A DNA stretch of 63,873 bases, filler included, from Octopus bimaculoides (GCF_001194135.2; 4 parts of 3 records of this genome joined end to end with filler, not necessarily neighbours in it), one strand, 5' to 3'; positions 11,470 to 24,599 are shown, numbered from the whole stretch's first letter. Notes: generated by a model from the letters alone, not told the origin. Numbers and translations: made by a program.

Positions 11470-11655
11470 GCATTGTTGTGCTTGAGTCTGTCTCTTAAGT
11501 AACCAGTGTTAGTTTGTTTATATCCTCGTGATTTGACAGATCAGCAAAAAGTTCCTGACATACAATTAAGTAGCTGGGTGCATTTGAATGACTAAATCTT
11601 TCAAGGGAGTGCCCTAGCATGGCTGCAGTCCAATGATTGAAACAAGGAAAAGAAT
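11470..11655 (+). mobile_element. SINE family C, degenerate 3' half
   Basis: GGGAGTGCCCTAGCATGGCTGCAGTCCAATGATTGAAACAAG tail. Confidence 0.7.
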
Positions 11656-11674
11656 TAAAGATACACGTGATTGC

Positions 11675-11812
11675 ATTGGTTTCAAAATTTGGTACAAGGC
11701 CAGCAATTTCAGAGGAGAGGGTAAGTCGATTAGATCGACACCAGTGTATCACTAGTATCTTATGTTATGGACCCCGGAAGGATGAAAGGCAAAGTCGATC
11801 TCGGTGGAATCC
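11675..11812 (-). mobile_element. SINE family A, 3' part
   Basis: TGGTTTCAAAATTTGGTACAAGGCCAGC ... GGAAGGATGAAAGGCAAAGTCGA. Confidence 0.8.
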
Positions 11813-11840
11813 TTTCCAAACTATGAGGGGAGGGGGGCAA

Positions 11841-11876
11841 CTGAGACATGTTTCGCTTTATTGATACTCTTCAGCG
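11841..11876 (-). ncRNA. Minimal type-I hammerhead motif at the end of a probable PLE 3' segment (to ~12310)
   Basis: Minus strand CG-CTGAAGA-GTAT(CAATA)AAGC-GAAAC-AT-GTC-TCAG; palindromic ACATGT stem III and GUC triplet; stems I and II imperfect. Confidence 0.6.
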
Positions 11877-12689
11877 TAAATACAACTTCATATTTAATGA
11901 AACATAAGTGGATGAATTGCAGAATGAACACAAGAGAAAGTGAATTCGTTGGTATAAAAAGATTTAAGCCTAACAGCTAACATTCTTTTGAAATGAGATG
12001 TCGACCCTAAAATAAAATCAATGGAAAGCATTTTATCACAATCCGCCAGGTCCGCCGCCAGGTCCGCCACCTTGTGTCCAGACATACAAATATGGTAGAC
12101 TTTCCAGTTCACGGTGCGTTGCGCTGCATGAATACAATCAATCAGGCTCCTGTTTCCGATTCATTCTTTTATGTCGTCTGCCTACAAATGTCATTGACGG
12201 CCTCTCTTACCTTCTCCCCCCTCCACACTTACGATGGTCGAAGGCAACGACTCGTGACGCATCGTATATCCAAAATATAATAGCTTTGTGGATTTGAATC
12301 TCGATATCATTAAAAAGACAAAATTCTTTCAGGAGGATTATCGTTTTTCAGACTATTAATTTCATCTTTAGAAACGAAAAGAAAAAATATTTGAATCTGA
12401 GCATTTTTAGGTTCTTTTCTTTGTTCTTTTTTTTTTCCCCCTCTCTAGCTGTAAATATCTGTTAAAAAATATTTATCAAGAAAGTTGAAGTTATTAGTTC
12501 AAGATATTATAATTAACAATAATTCCCCTCAGATATTTAATAATTTATTTCGGATATGCAGTAACAAAAACAAAAAACGCATACAAGTAATATTAGCTGA
12601 AGGCCAATATTATTTAAAAATGAGAGTATTAAATCTATCATCACGTGATCACGTGATCGACCGGACTATTGAATATTGTTATACATCGC

Positions 12690-12940
12690 TGGTCACAAAT
12701 AAGCTTTGCCTCATTTTAGCTTTCGAAAGCTGCAGTTCGCTGGCCGGGTGACCAGGTCAACATTCCCCCTGTCGGAAGGCTATTCCATCGTAGGTTACTC
12801 TTTGACAGCTGAATGGACCGGAGCAACGCTGAAATGGAGTGTTTTGCTCAAGAACACATTGTACCGCTCGGTCTGGAAATCGAACCCACGATCACTAGAT
12901 CATGAGTGGTACACCCTTACCACTAGGCCACGCGCCTTCA
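12690..12940 (-). mobile_element. tRNA-derived SINE with the family B head and a different tail
   Basis: Minus strand GGCGCGTGGCCTAGTGG...GGGTTCGATTTCC...GTGTTCTTGAGCAAAACACTCCATTTCAGCGTTGCTCC. Confidence 0.8.
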
Positions 12941-13037
12941 TTAAATTTATCATACTATCACTAGTGTAGCTAGAATGTGTGCCACCCGGGATGGCCCTTC
13001 ATTACTCTATCAAGTTTTTGGTTTTAGTACACTAATC

Positions 13038-13330
13038 CACTAGTTCCCAAATTTTTCAGGTTGTGCCCCCTTCACACTCATGCCACATTTCTAGTGCCCA
13101 CCACCACCACCACCACCACACTCAGCACCACAAACATGGACCACTTTCTGCGGCAAATTCAAAACAACAGTATTTCACATATAGAACTTAACCTAATTAT
13201 TATGTACCCATTATTTGGGGGGGGGGTCCTTTTGGTCACCCTATTATTGTCCCACTTTTCTTCAACGCCCCTCTTGATCTTCCCGCCGCCCACAGAGGCG
13301 GGGCAGTACCCTCCATTTTGGGAACCACTG
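13038..13330. mobile_element. hAT-type MITE
   Basis: TIR-like CACTAGTTCCCAA / TTGGGAACCACTG; perfect 8-bp TSD CACTAATC at 13030-13037 and 13331-13338. Confidence 0.9.
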
Positions 13331-13339
13331 CACTAATCC

Positions 13340-13720
13340 TACAACTCTGAGCTCGGAAGTTGCGGCCATACTGGAGCACCGCCATTAACCTTGCTACACT
13401 TTCACCACTTGAAACCTCCTCTGATATGTGGCGTTTTGGTAAATGAGGGAGTTTGATGCAGCTGCCCTCAAATGTGTTTCGTGCCGCGTGATAGTTCCAT
13501 CCAGAACACTTGACAGGGGAGGTCCAGTTTTATTTTGAAGACACCTACATCCACCCCATAAAGATCTCTCAGGCTTTTGGGAAAGGGGCTATTGAAGAGC
13601 TGGTCTTGCATCTTGATGGCGATGTTGCGATCTTTGGCACTATGTTATGGAAAGCCATTCGGAAGTAAATATTTCTTGCAGAGTTCACTTCCGGTGTCTA
13701 TGGCGTTGTTCTCTTAAGTT
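13340..13720 (-). mobile_element. CR1/L2-group LINE 3' end
   Basis: Minus strand QLFNSPFPKSLRDLYGVDVGVFKIKLDL...AAASNSL, then 3' UTR GGCGGTGCTCCAGTATGGCCGCA. Confidence 0.7.
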
Positions 13721-13721
13721 T

Positions 13722-13985
13722 CTATCTTTTATCTTTAACTTGTTTCAGTCATTAGACTGCGGCCATGCTGGTGCACTGCGTTGAAGAATTTTTAGTCAAA
13801 TGAATCGAACACAGGACTGATTATTAATATCATTATTATTATTATTATTATTATTATTGTAAATCCTGGTACTTATTCTATCCATTCTTTAGCCGAACCG
13901 CTAAGTTACGGGAACGTAAACATACCAACACCAGTTGTCAAGCGATGATGGGAACAAACACAGACACAAAAACACGCGCGCACAC
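13722..13985 (-). mobile_element. SINE family C, 3' half
   Basis: Reverse complement of the family C body and tail. Confidence 0.85.
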
Positions 13986-14019
13986 AAACAAGAATAATAA
14001 TAATAATAATAATAATAAT

Positions 14020-14200
14020 TTTTCCACAAGGGCAACAATTTTGGGGGTGGGGATGAGTCAATTACAACTGGTACTTATTTTATCGACCCCGAAAGGATGA
14101 AAGGGAAAGTCGACCTCGGCGGAATTTGAACTCAGAACGTAAAAACGGACGAAAAGCCGCAAAGCATTTTTCCCGGCGCGCTAACGATTCCGGCTGCTTC
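14020..14200 (-). mobile_element. SINE family A copy
   Basis: CGACCCCGAAAGGATGAAAGGGAAAGTCGACCTCGGCGGAATTTGAACTC. Confidence 0.88.
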
Positions 14201-14516
14201 ACTTACATTCCCCACTCTTTAATTAATCATCACTTTTAAAACAACCTCATTCCCTAATTGAACCAATTAACAAACACTAAAACGGTTCACGTGATTCTTC
14301 AAACTGCAGCAAGTTGAATAACTCGCAAAATGTTTTAGATTCTTCAGTCTCATTCAAAGACATCCAACATTCAATTCTCTCGCAGAATTCTATCGCTTTT
14401 ATAATTAAATAACTTATTAACATAATTGACACATTACTTATTGCAACAGAGTGTGATAGTTATTTTTATAATTTTCTAGTATTTAGTTGTTAATTTCATT
14501 AATTTTTATACACTGT

Positions 14517-14693
14517 AGGCGCAGGAGTGGTTGTGTGGTAACGTAGCTTCCTTACCAACCACATGGTTCCGGGTTCAGTCCCACTGCGTGGCACCTTGGG
14601 CAAGTGTCTTCTTCTATAGCCTCGGGCCGACCAAAGCCTTGTGACTGGATTTCGTAGACAGAAACAAAGAAGCTCGTCGTATAAATATATATG

Positions 14694-14724
<31 letters not shown>

Positions 14725-14860
14725 TGTGTGTATGTTTGTGTGGCTGTGTTTGAACCCCCCCCCCACCTAATATCGCTTGACAACCGATGCTAGTGTGTTT
14801 ACGTCCCCGTAATATAGCGGTTCGGCAAAAGAGACCGATAGAATAAATACTAGGCTTACA
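14517..14860 (+). mobile_element. SINE family C, 5' intact, cut by a gap
   Basis: AGGCGCAGGAGTGGTTGTGTGGTAAC head; GGGTTCAGTCCC B-box-like. Confidence 0.9.
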
Positions 14861-15201
14861 NNNNNNNNNNNNNNNNNNNNNNNNNNNNNNNNNNNNNNNN
14901 NNNNTTAATTAATTAANNNNNNNNNNNNNNNNNNNNNNNNNNNNNNNNNNNNNNNNNNNNATGGAAAGCGGACGTTAAACGATGATGATGATGATATATA
15001 TATCTACACATATGTGTGTATATCATATATGTATATATATATATATATATAAATATATACGTAAGTATTCATGTATATATATATATGTATATTATATGTA
15101 TATATATGCATACATAATATATATACATATATATATTTGTATATGTATGTATGTTGTATGTATATATGTATGTTTCATATATATGTATATGTATATATAT
15201 A

Positions 15202-15247
<46 letters not shown>

Positions 15248-15541
15248 TCATAATTACAGTAATCCCTTGATATATCATACTTCACCTATCCTGCACTCAG
15301 TACACTGTGGTTCACCTATTGCGCACTAACTACATCATAGATTTTTCTGGCTAATATACGTAAATTTATATTGCAGACTCATCAGTATATCTCGGTTTCT
15401 CTGGCTGATAGGTATTTCTATTTTTTAGATTTTAATTCTTTCTGTGGGAGGTTTTGGAATGTAACAGCCATGATAGTTGAGGAATCACTGTATATATATA
15501 TATGCATGTATGTATGTATATAGATATATATATGTATAATA

Positions 15542-15602
<61 letters not shown>

Positions 15603-15678
15603 NNNNNNNNNNNNNNNNNNNNNNNNNNNNNNNNNNNNNNNNNNNNNNNNNNNNNNNNNNNNNNNNNNNNNNNNNNNN

Positions 15679-15740
<62 letters not shown>

Positions 15741-16139
15741 TCACACACATATAATTATTCTTATATACATATATATATGTATATGTATATATATATTCAT
15801 ACATGCACGCACACACACACACATATATAAACACAGACATACACATATACAGACATATATACATACATACATAAATATTTATATATATATATATATGCCT
15901 AAACCCTCCATGTTTGTTTTCATTAGGTTTCGTTGTATGACTCCACCGTCCTGTTTTTGTTCCAAAGTTTTACCCTCCTCCCCCCATAAATCCTAAATTT
16001 TATTTTAGAATTTATGGGAGCAACTGTCTTTGAAGACTCATATTGTATTTGAATGCTCGAAATGAGGAGTAGATAGACAGCATACAACTGACGAAGGGTA
16101 GTAGACATATAGAGTCAATGATTTTGCAAAGACGTTTGA

Positions 16140-16760
16140 GGTGTGTTGAGGGGGAGCGTATTTGCTAATGATGAGTGATGAGCAACTGCCCAAGCAGCTA
16201 TTGTATGGTGAGCTGGAAGATGGCAGGAGACCAGCACATAAGCCTAAACTAAGGTTTAAGGATTGCCTTAAAACTACAGATAGAAATTACAACTGGTGAT
16301 TGGGAGAGGGAGGCACAAGACTGAGATAGATGGAGGAAGATAGTGCATGATGATTGTTCAAGGTCTGAGAGGGAGAGAGTGAAGTATGAGAGAATTAGGA
16401 AGGGGCTTAGAAGGAGGGAACCTTTGGAAAGTGAGAGTGTTGCTTTTTGTTTGTGTGGTTTGTGGGAGGAGGTGTTTGAGTCGTGCAGGCCTAGTGATTC
16501 ATCTAAAATCTCACAGGGATCCCTATGATAAACAGTGATGTGGCTATTAAAATTCACAACAGAACATGTGTAAAATGTGGAAGGGTGTGCCTCTCAGCTA
16601 GAGGTCTGAAAAGAATTGCTAAGAGAGTGCATATGGTGACACCTGTTTCTCCTGCCAGCAAGCACAGTTGTCCAGTATGTAATAAAATGTGTAAAAAATT
16701 GGCTGGGCTTAAAAATCAAATAGGGGCATCACATGGCATCAATAATGAATCATTCCAGTA
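16140..16760 (+). mobile_element. RTE-clade LINE 3' relic
   Basis: MSDEQLPKQLLYGELEDGRRPAHKPKLRFKDCLK...WEREAQD/RWRK and a C2H2-like tail CPVCNKMCKKLAGLKNQ. Confidence 0.8.
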
Positions 16761-17039
16761 AATCATTTTAACAATGGCTTTTCTTGTGTGATGAGTGTGC
16801 AGATATTGCAAATAATCTTCAGTTTGCAGAATTGGTTATATTTTCTACAAGTGGAAATCACATTCCTCGTCATGATTTCAAACTCTGAATTGCATACCAA
16901 CTAATAATTAATAACCAGAACAGTAAATATATGTATGATGTCATGAACATTTTATGAATGATTTTTAATTAATGAATGCTCTTTTACTTCACAAAAACTC
17001 TAAATTTTCTCTTTTTTTTTATTGCAGCGATGGTATTGG

Positions 17040-18159
17040 CACCCAAAAAATGTCAGTCAATAATTTCTTTCTGCTAAAATGGCCTAACAACACAGGATAT
17101 TGTTGCTTAAGGCATTGCAACTGAAAGAACTGTGTACAGGATTATAAAACTTTCAAAGAGACAGGATCTATGACTGTGAAGAACACCCCTGATCATCAAT
17201 GTCTGTCCTCTGACTACCAAGGCAGGGCTTTAGTTGAGAAATTCATTGAGAAATTGAAGTGCCAACAGCAAACGGCTTGCAAGAGAGTGGGAATCAGCCG
17301 GTGTCAGTACTTCAGCTCAGACTATTCAACAACTTCTTGACAATGGTCTCACTTCACGGAATGCTGCAAAGAAACCATTTTTTGTCCATGGTGAATGACA
17401 GGCTTGCTTTTTTGCAGAAAATATAAAAAATGGTCTAGTGAACAATGGGATAGAGCTATTTTTTCAATGAAGCACCATTTCAACTGTCTGGGACATCTAG
17501 AAAAAGGCTCGTCAGAAGGTGACAAGGTGAATGCTATAATGAAGTCTGTATCATACCCACAGTCAAGCATCCAGAAACCAATCATGTGTGGGGTTGCTTT
17601 TCATCCAAGGGCATTGGATCACTCTCAGTTTTTCAGAAAACACTTCTATGAATTCCACATGGTGCCAAAATAACCTTGAAAAACATCTTCCAACCACTGA
17701 GAGGCAGTTTAGCAAAGAAACTTGCATTTTCCAACATGGAGCACCTTACCACACTGCTAAAAAGATTTAAAAGTATCTAGGAGATAAAGGTATTGAAATT
17801 TTGGAGCCCTGGCTGGGAAATTCGCAAGATTTAAATCCTACTGAAAATTTATTGTCCATCCTTAAAATTTGAGTTGAGAGATTAAAGCCAACAAATATTG
17901 AACAATTGAAAGCTCTTGTACAGTAACAATGGAGGTCTGTAAACATAGAACAGACTCAATCATTGGTTTCCAGCATGTCTAAATAAATCATAGACATCTC
18001 AAAAAATTGGGGTCGCCACTGCAAATATTGAGAGGAAGACGAATAACTGTGTATCACACATTATTATTGTTCATATGGTTCTAATGTGTTATTCTTCATT
18101 AATATGCTCGTACATGCTCAAACAAATCAACCTTCTGCCAAAATCATTTGCCACAACTG
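17040..18159 (+). mobile_element. Tc1 (DD34E-type) transposon fossil, left end not found
   Basis: SAQTIQQLLDNGL..RNAAKKP, WSSEQWDRAIFS, FQHGAPYH, NSQDLNPTENL; right end TTGCCACAACTG|TA. Confidence 0.8.
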
Positions 18160-18387
18160 TACAGACACACACACACACACACACATACACACACAGACAC
18201 ACATACATACATACATATATATANNNNNNNNNNNNNNNNNNNNNNNNNNNNNNNNNNNNNNNNNNNNNNNNNNNNNNNNNNNNNNNNNNNNNNNNNNNNN
18301 NNNNNNNNNNNNNNNNNNNNNNNNNNNNNNNNNNNNNNNNNNNNNNNNNNNNNNNNNNNNNNNNNNNNNNNNNNNNNNNNNNNNNNN

Positions 18388-18418
<31 letters not shown>

Positions 18419-18447
18419 CACATACATACATACAGACATATATATAT

Positions 18448-18905
18448 ATAATATAAATCCCGTTCTTTGTGTGTGTGCGTGTGTGTGTGTAAAAGATTAT
18501 AACAGTCAAATTTTTCAACTGATTTTCTCCAAACTGAGAACATACTTTACTTATGTTCCAGGGATGGTTTTAGTCTCTTAAATTTTTTTCACCTAATGAG
18601 TAATGAGCCTCCTGGGGGCAGAAAACACCCGTTCCAGGGTTACTTGGAGAAGGGAGCTAACTCTTTGCGAAATTGATTGTCTCCCTTACATCTATTGGTC
18701 ATAAAAAATTTTAATATTGCTTTTTATATTAGATTCGCATCTTTGAATGTTTTAAAAGTATTTACTTCTGGTTTTCTAGCATCAGTGACGTCACTATCTC
18801 TCTATCTATATTTCTCTATCCATCTCTATCTCTATATCTATTTGTCTCTCTATATCTATCTGTCTATATCTTATCTATCTATATCTTATTTCTCTAACTA
18901 GCTAC

Positions 18906-18973
<68 letters not shown>

Positions 18974-19740
18974 CTCACTCACTCTCTATTGTTTTCACTT
19001 TCATTTTTCAGCTGCTATTGTTTTCACTTTAAGTTCAATCCCTATTATTTTCACTGTAAGTTTTCAATCGCTATTTACAAACAGTGACAAATTACTGACA
19101 GAAAGAAGTTCAGAATTACTGATGAGAATAATTTGATACATAGTTTACTGACAGAAGTAACATCATAAATTTCCCTTCAATTCATGCACTTCGTTAAATT
19201 TGCCTACAAATTTCCTATTTACTTTTGCAGCATTTTGTGTTCTTTTTTTTTTTTGATGGAATTACTGATAAAAATAAGTTCATAATTTACTGACAGAAGT
19301 AACTTCAAAAACTTCACTTAAATCCATACACTTAGTAAATTTCCCTAAAAAATTCTTATTTACTTTTGCAACGGCTTTGTGTTTTTCTGTTGTTAATGGC
19401 TTTTTCCTGGTTACGAATATAGTCTTGTTCATTAACATTGTGACAAAAAAAAAACTGAAATGAAACTCTTCAAAGTGAAAAACCCTTGTAGGCAATATGG
19501 AGTTATCTCTCTTTGAATGGATACAACTGTGTTTGAAAAGGATCAGTTTACCAACAAGTGTGGAAGTCCATGCGTCCAGCAGAAATTTTCTCTCATGAGG
19601 GAACCAACTAAACATTTCACTTTTAGAATTTAAGAAGTGCTCTGTATGAAGCAAATTTTTTCTAGATCCACCCCTTCAGTGGGAGCAAACAATGCAAACT
19701 TTGCTTGGCCGAAAGGGCAAGGATCCTATATTTCCAGTCT
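18448..19740 (+). mobile_element. Non-autonomous element with internal tandem sub-repeats, possibly Helitron-derived
   Basis: Starts ATAATATAAA-(TG)n-...TTTTCAACTGATTTTCTCCAAACT; ~30-bp CTATTGTTTTCACTT repeats and a ~140-bp direct repeat (19146 vs 19287); no TIR or TSD seen. Confidence 0.4.
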
Positions 19741-19879
19741 TCTTTCTGTAAACAAATGGATTATTCATACAGTATCGTTTGTTTCCAATTGTCTGTGTAA
19801 CCATATCCGGGTTGTTTGTTGTTTGAGAGACTGAGAGACTATTACCTAACTTGAAAACTGGTTGTAGTTGGTACCATGA

Positions 19880-19986
19880 GGGTATCTTGTCGCTCAATAA
19901 ACACTCACAACACCCAGTCTGGGAATCGAAACCGCAATCCTGTGACCGCCAGTCTGCTGCCCTAACTACTGGGCTATTGTGTTTCC
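19880..19986 (-). mobile_element. SINE head fragment, same head as 59488
   Basis: Minus strand AATAGCCCAGTAGTTAGGGCAGCAGAC...GGTTTCGATTCCCAGAC. Confidence 0.85.
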
Positions 19987-20219
19987 ACAGGTATGTACAT
20001 ACATGTACGTATATATGCATATACTCACATATTATCTGTATTATATATATATATATATATATGTTTTTGCAAGTAGCCTTGCCGATCACACACTAGTTAG
20101 TCATTCAGATTTAAGGCCTACCGCAGAGTATATATCAACACACATAACAATGCACCAGTAATGATTGAGAAGTTGTGATTTTAGTATTTTCAATGTATTG
20201 TTTCCATAAGGCAAGCAGA

Positions 20220-20900
20220 CTTTTTGTGTTTTTGTGAATATTATCATATTAGTGATTCTTTCAATCTCCTAACAACTGATTTTCTTCGAGTGTTAAACTG
20301 TTCATGTCCTTCTTTAGTTAATGCAGATTGTTTTTTTAGCTGAGCGCTCATTGTCTAATCACATCACATGTGTCCATACCTTTACGATTTCCTCAGCTGC
20401 ATAAATCAGCTGATAGAATGACCAAAGCTAGGAACACAAATGCAAATTGGAAAATTCTCAGAACACTTTTCTATGCCATTCATGCAAATTATCGTTACAA
20501 ATCCAACTGATCATATATGGCTCACTTCTCTGAAGCCCACCATCATAACCACAGAATTTTTCACATTCAATGCTCATGTAACACTATCATGTAGCATTAC
20601 ATACCAATTAGAGAACCTCTATGAAGTTTCTAGAAGTGCTGTCAAATTCCTTCAGATACACCCTATTGTCTTAAATAAGAAGTGACACACTGGGTAATAT
20701 AGTGTTTCTTATATTTAAAGATGAGATCATCACAGTTGGAATGATATTGATCATAGGTCTCTAGGTCATGGCTAAATAACAATAACATGTGAAATATGCC
20801 AGTATTCAGAGCTGGTCTTGAGAACAAAAATTGAATGAGGTATAAAAACATGAGTCAGCAGTATTGAATCCAAGGTAAAATTTGCCTAGCAATCCAGACC
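20220..20900 (-). mobile_element. Highly decayed RTE-like LINE C-terminal region
   Basis: VMLHDSVT*AL (cf. MLYGSETWA) and QLRKS*RYGHM (cf. RLRWYGHV). Confidence 0.5.
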
Positions 20901-21027
20901 TGCTTATCCCATATTGGCCTTGTCTTCTACTAGCAGGTTTATAGTCATATGGACAAACTCCTTCATTAAATTTTTGTTTGTAATGCCAAACTGTGTTGAT
21001 CTTCAGTTGATTCCAGTTATACAACAT

Positions 21028-21175
21028 AAAGGTTGGTGGATTAGCTGAATCGTTAGTACATTAGACTAAATGTTTGTGGTATTTGTTGTTTCTTTACATC
21101 TGAGTTCAACTCATACTTTGGTCAACTCTGCCTTTCATCCTTCAAGGATCAATAAAATAAAGCACTAATCCAGTT
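21028..21175 (+). mobile_element. SINE family A, old copy
   Basis: TAGCTGAATCGTTAG...CTGAGTTCAAC...TGCCTTTCATCCTT. Confidence 0.7.
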
Positions 21176-23364
21176 TGAGATCAATTTTATTGACTCACTC
21201 ATTCAATACTATATTAAGGCATGGGTACACTGGGGAGTTGGCCAGGGTCTTCATGCATCTAAAGTCCCAATGCTAATTTATTTATGCTGTGGTTGTGTAT
21301 ATAGAGACCCCAATGAATCACTTTACCTATGTAAGAATTTATCAGTTAAAATTACAGTTGAAACAAGATTCATGTGACTTTCCTTTTTTTTTCTTCTTTT
21401 TTCTTTCTTTTTGACTTCTATTCCAGTCAATCTAAGCAAAAGTAATTTTCCAAATTAAAACCATTTTTTGTGTTATTTGCAGTAGCAGGAGAATATTTAA
21501 AAAGAAATTGTTAAATCTCTGAGATACAGAAATATTTGGTAAACTGTGTATATTTTCTCTTTGCCATTGCGATATGTTTGTTGCATAATTTCACACATTG
21601 AGGCCAGAAAATATTTGTTCAATGCCTAATAAACAGAAAATAATAAATGTAAATATACACCCTGAATGATTTTTGCAGTTAAATTTGTTGAATGCCATCA
21701 AGATAGAACAATGATTTGGTTAGTGTTTCATTGAAGCTCTTATTTTTATAACTTTAATTATTATTGTCATTATCATCTTTTGTTTATAACTTCAAAATAC
21801 ACTATTTCTGTAATTTTGATTGAAAGTTAACAAACAAGGTTATCTTCACATATGCATCAAGATTGTTATTCTGTATAGCTGTGGTTTATATGCAAGCAGA
21901 TCATGTTGAGTATTAATTTAGTTGTAAGACTGTGATTATAGCAATTATTTCGTTTTTGTGTTTGCCGGCATGTATATGACATTGTTATATAACTACAGTT
22001 TACAAATCCTTTCTAGTTAATTGTTTATTTAATGTTGGAGTTTCTTAATATATTAAAAATTTTCTGTTGTTATCTAAACCTTTGAATTGATAATCATAAC
22101 CAGTTTGTTGAAAACTAATGACCATTAAAACGAACTGATGGATAAGTTTGTTCTTTTTCTTTTCCTTTCTTATTTTTTATTGTTGTTTGCTTAAATAGAT
22201 TAGATATTTTTATTTGTTCTTATTTATGTTGGCAGAGTGATGCAGGCAGTTGCGAGGTAAAATGGTGGTGCTGGAGGTGGTGTTGGTGATGGGAGTGGTG
22301 GAGTTGGTAATGGTGATAATGATGGTAGTGGTAATGGTGGTGGTAATGGTGATGTGATGGGGTGGGGCAGATTGTGTTAGCGTGTGGTGAGCATGTTGGG
22401 AGGGTGGGGTGNNNNNNNNNNNNNNNNNNNNNNNNNNNNNNNNNNNNNNNNNNNNNNNNNNNNNNNNNNNNNNNNNNNNNNNNNNNNNNNNNNNNNNNNN
22501 NNNNNNNNNNNNNNNNNNNNNNNNNNNNNNNTGTTTCATATTTACTTTGAGCTAATGAATGGCTTTTTGTTTCAGTAAGCTCTTATGTAAATTTAAAGAC
22601 TAAATTGTTTTTCAACTTATGCTTAATTTCTTTGATATGATTCAGTTATTAAATGAAGAATACATCAAAGAAATTAAACACATAATACAACCTGTTAGAA
22701 TGTGAGGAGAAACATGTATAGTTTGCTGTCGAAAAATGTATGAATTTTAAAACAAGAAAAATGAAAAAAGAGAAAAGAAAAATCTGTATTAGTTTTATAG
22801 CTGGTTGAATGAACAAGTCTTCTGAAGATTTGGCAGATTTTCAGAATTCTGCCTATCTCAGAGAAAATAATCTATTTCCTATTTATATCAGGTGTTATCT
22901 AAAAACAAAGTATAACAGAGAATATATGGCATTTCTTTTAATTATATGGCAAAATTTTGAATATGTAAATACTGAGAAGCAGATTTTGCTTTGAGGAAAA
23001 TTAGTCTTGACATTATAATATATACTATAATAAAATATGATAAATTTGAATATCTCCAAAAGCACCGTTCTTTATATCCATTATAGCTCAGCTCTCCTTT
23101 TATGGCTTTCAAATGGGATGAGAAACAATTTTAGTCTTGTACAGGTGAGATAATCAGAGTATCTGGTTATGTTGCTTGATCTGCTAGAAATGAGAAGAAA
23201 GGCCCTGTGGTTAAAAAGTTTGCTTCTCAAATAAATGGCTGTGTGGTAGCTTCAACTAAATGCTTTCTAGCATATCTTTGAGTTGACCAATATCTAGTGA
23301 AATCAATTTGGTAGTCGAAAAATTTGCAGAAGTCATTTTGCATAAATATATATGTATATATGTA

Positions 23365-23460
23365 CATACAGTCTCTTTTGCCAAACTGCTAAGTTACAGG
23401 GCCGTAAACACACCAACATCGGTTGTCAAGCGATGGTGGGGTGACAAACACAAATATACA
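23365..23460 (-). mobile_element. SINE family C internal fragment
   Basis: GCCAAACTGCTAAGTTACAGGGCCGTAAACACACCAACATCGGTTGTCAAGCG. Confidence 0.8.
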
Positions 23461-23499
23461 AACATATATATATATATATATATATATATGAAAGGTCGC

Positions 23500-23675
23500 T
23501 GATCACTACACATATTTTTTTCTCTCCTTACTTCTTTCTGTGTTCCTTTCTGTTGAAGAGCGTAGGCTCGAAACATTAAAGACTTTCTCTATTCCCAAGC
23601 ATTATACTAATACATCCGTTTGTTATTTACACCACCTGTCTTTATCTGTTGATTTTTTGTGAATTCTCACATATA
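23500..23675 (+). repeat. Short repeat with a variant hammerhead core CTGTTGA (copy 1 of 3)
   Basis: CTTT-CTGTTGA-A-GAGC(GTAG)GCTC-GAAAC-ATT-AAAG at 23546-23581 and the shared 3' tail ACTAATACATCC...CACCTGTC. Confidence 0.75.
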
Positions 23676-23699
23676 TATATATGTGTGTCTTTGTGTGTC

Positions 23700-23912
23700 T
23701 TTGTGTCTGTGTTTGTCCCCCCCCCCCCAATCACAGCTTGACAACCAGTATTGGTGTGTTTATGTCCCTGTAACTTAGCGGAACAGCAAAAGAGACCAGT
23801 GGAATAAGTACTAGGCTTAAAACATATGTCCTGGGTTAATTTGTTCAACCAAAACCTTTCAAGGTGGTGCTCCAGCATGGCCGCTGTCAAATGACTGAAA
23901 CATGTGAAAGAA
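23700..23912 (+). mobile_element. SINE family C, 3' half
   Basis: AAGGTGGTGCTCCAGCATGGCCGCTGTCAAATGACTGAAAC tail. Confidence 0.88.
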
Positions 23913-23913
23913 A

Positions 23914-23964
<51 letters not shown>

Positions 23965-23986
23965 TACACAGATAGATAGATACATG

Positions 23987-24055
<69 letters not shown>

Positions 24056-24599
24056 GTAGGTAGGTAGATAGATACACACACACATATACGATGAAATGCA
24101 TTTGAGCTGAATGAAAAATATACATACCTGCATACACACTTACTTACATACATACATACATAAATACATACAGACAGACATGCGCATGTACACACTGGTA
24201 TGTATATTTCTCTCTTTTTAATTTAGTTGATAGTAACTGGCCACCATCTTAGTATCAATGTTGTGAAGGAAAGCATCTTCTTTTGTTTATCATCTTTTAC
24301 ATCTTAATATGGTCTTGCAGACTTTTATTGAAATAGATGTTGTGATCATCTGTAGCATGTATGTATGTATGTATGTATGAAGGAGCAGTAAACATAAAAC
24401 TTTCATAACTAAATTTCAAAGAAGGTATTCTTTTTCTGCCCCAGTTCAGTCTTGATTGAGTATACATTTGATCAGATGTAGTAATTCTGCCCTTAAATGG
24501 TAACCTTTGTGCATGTGTGTGTGTGTGTGTGTGTGCGCGCCAGTCAGTCTAGCAGGCAAGAAAATGTTCACACCTTTTTTAGGCAGTTTTCATAAGATG

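Noticed and set aside
14905-14916. TTAATTAATTAA island inside N-runs (also 32615-32626 and 62351-62362)
   Set aside because: Always 44 N + 12 bp + 44 N = 100 bp, with stops in all frames; a scaffolding spacer, not biology.
15370-15410. Possible type-II hammerhead on the minus strand (GAAAC...CTGATGA)
   Set aside because: No workable stem III, cleavage triplet or stem I.
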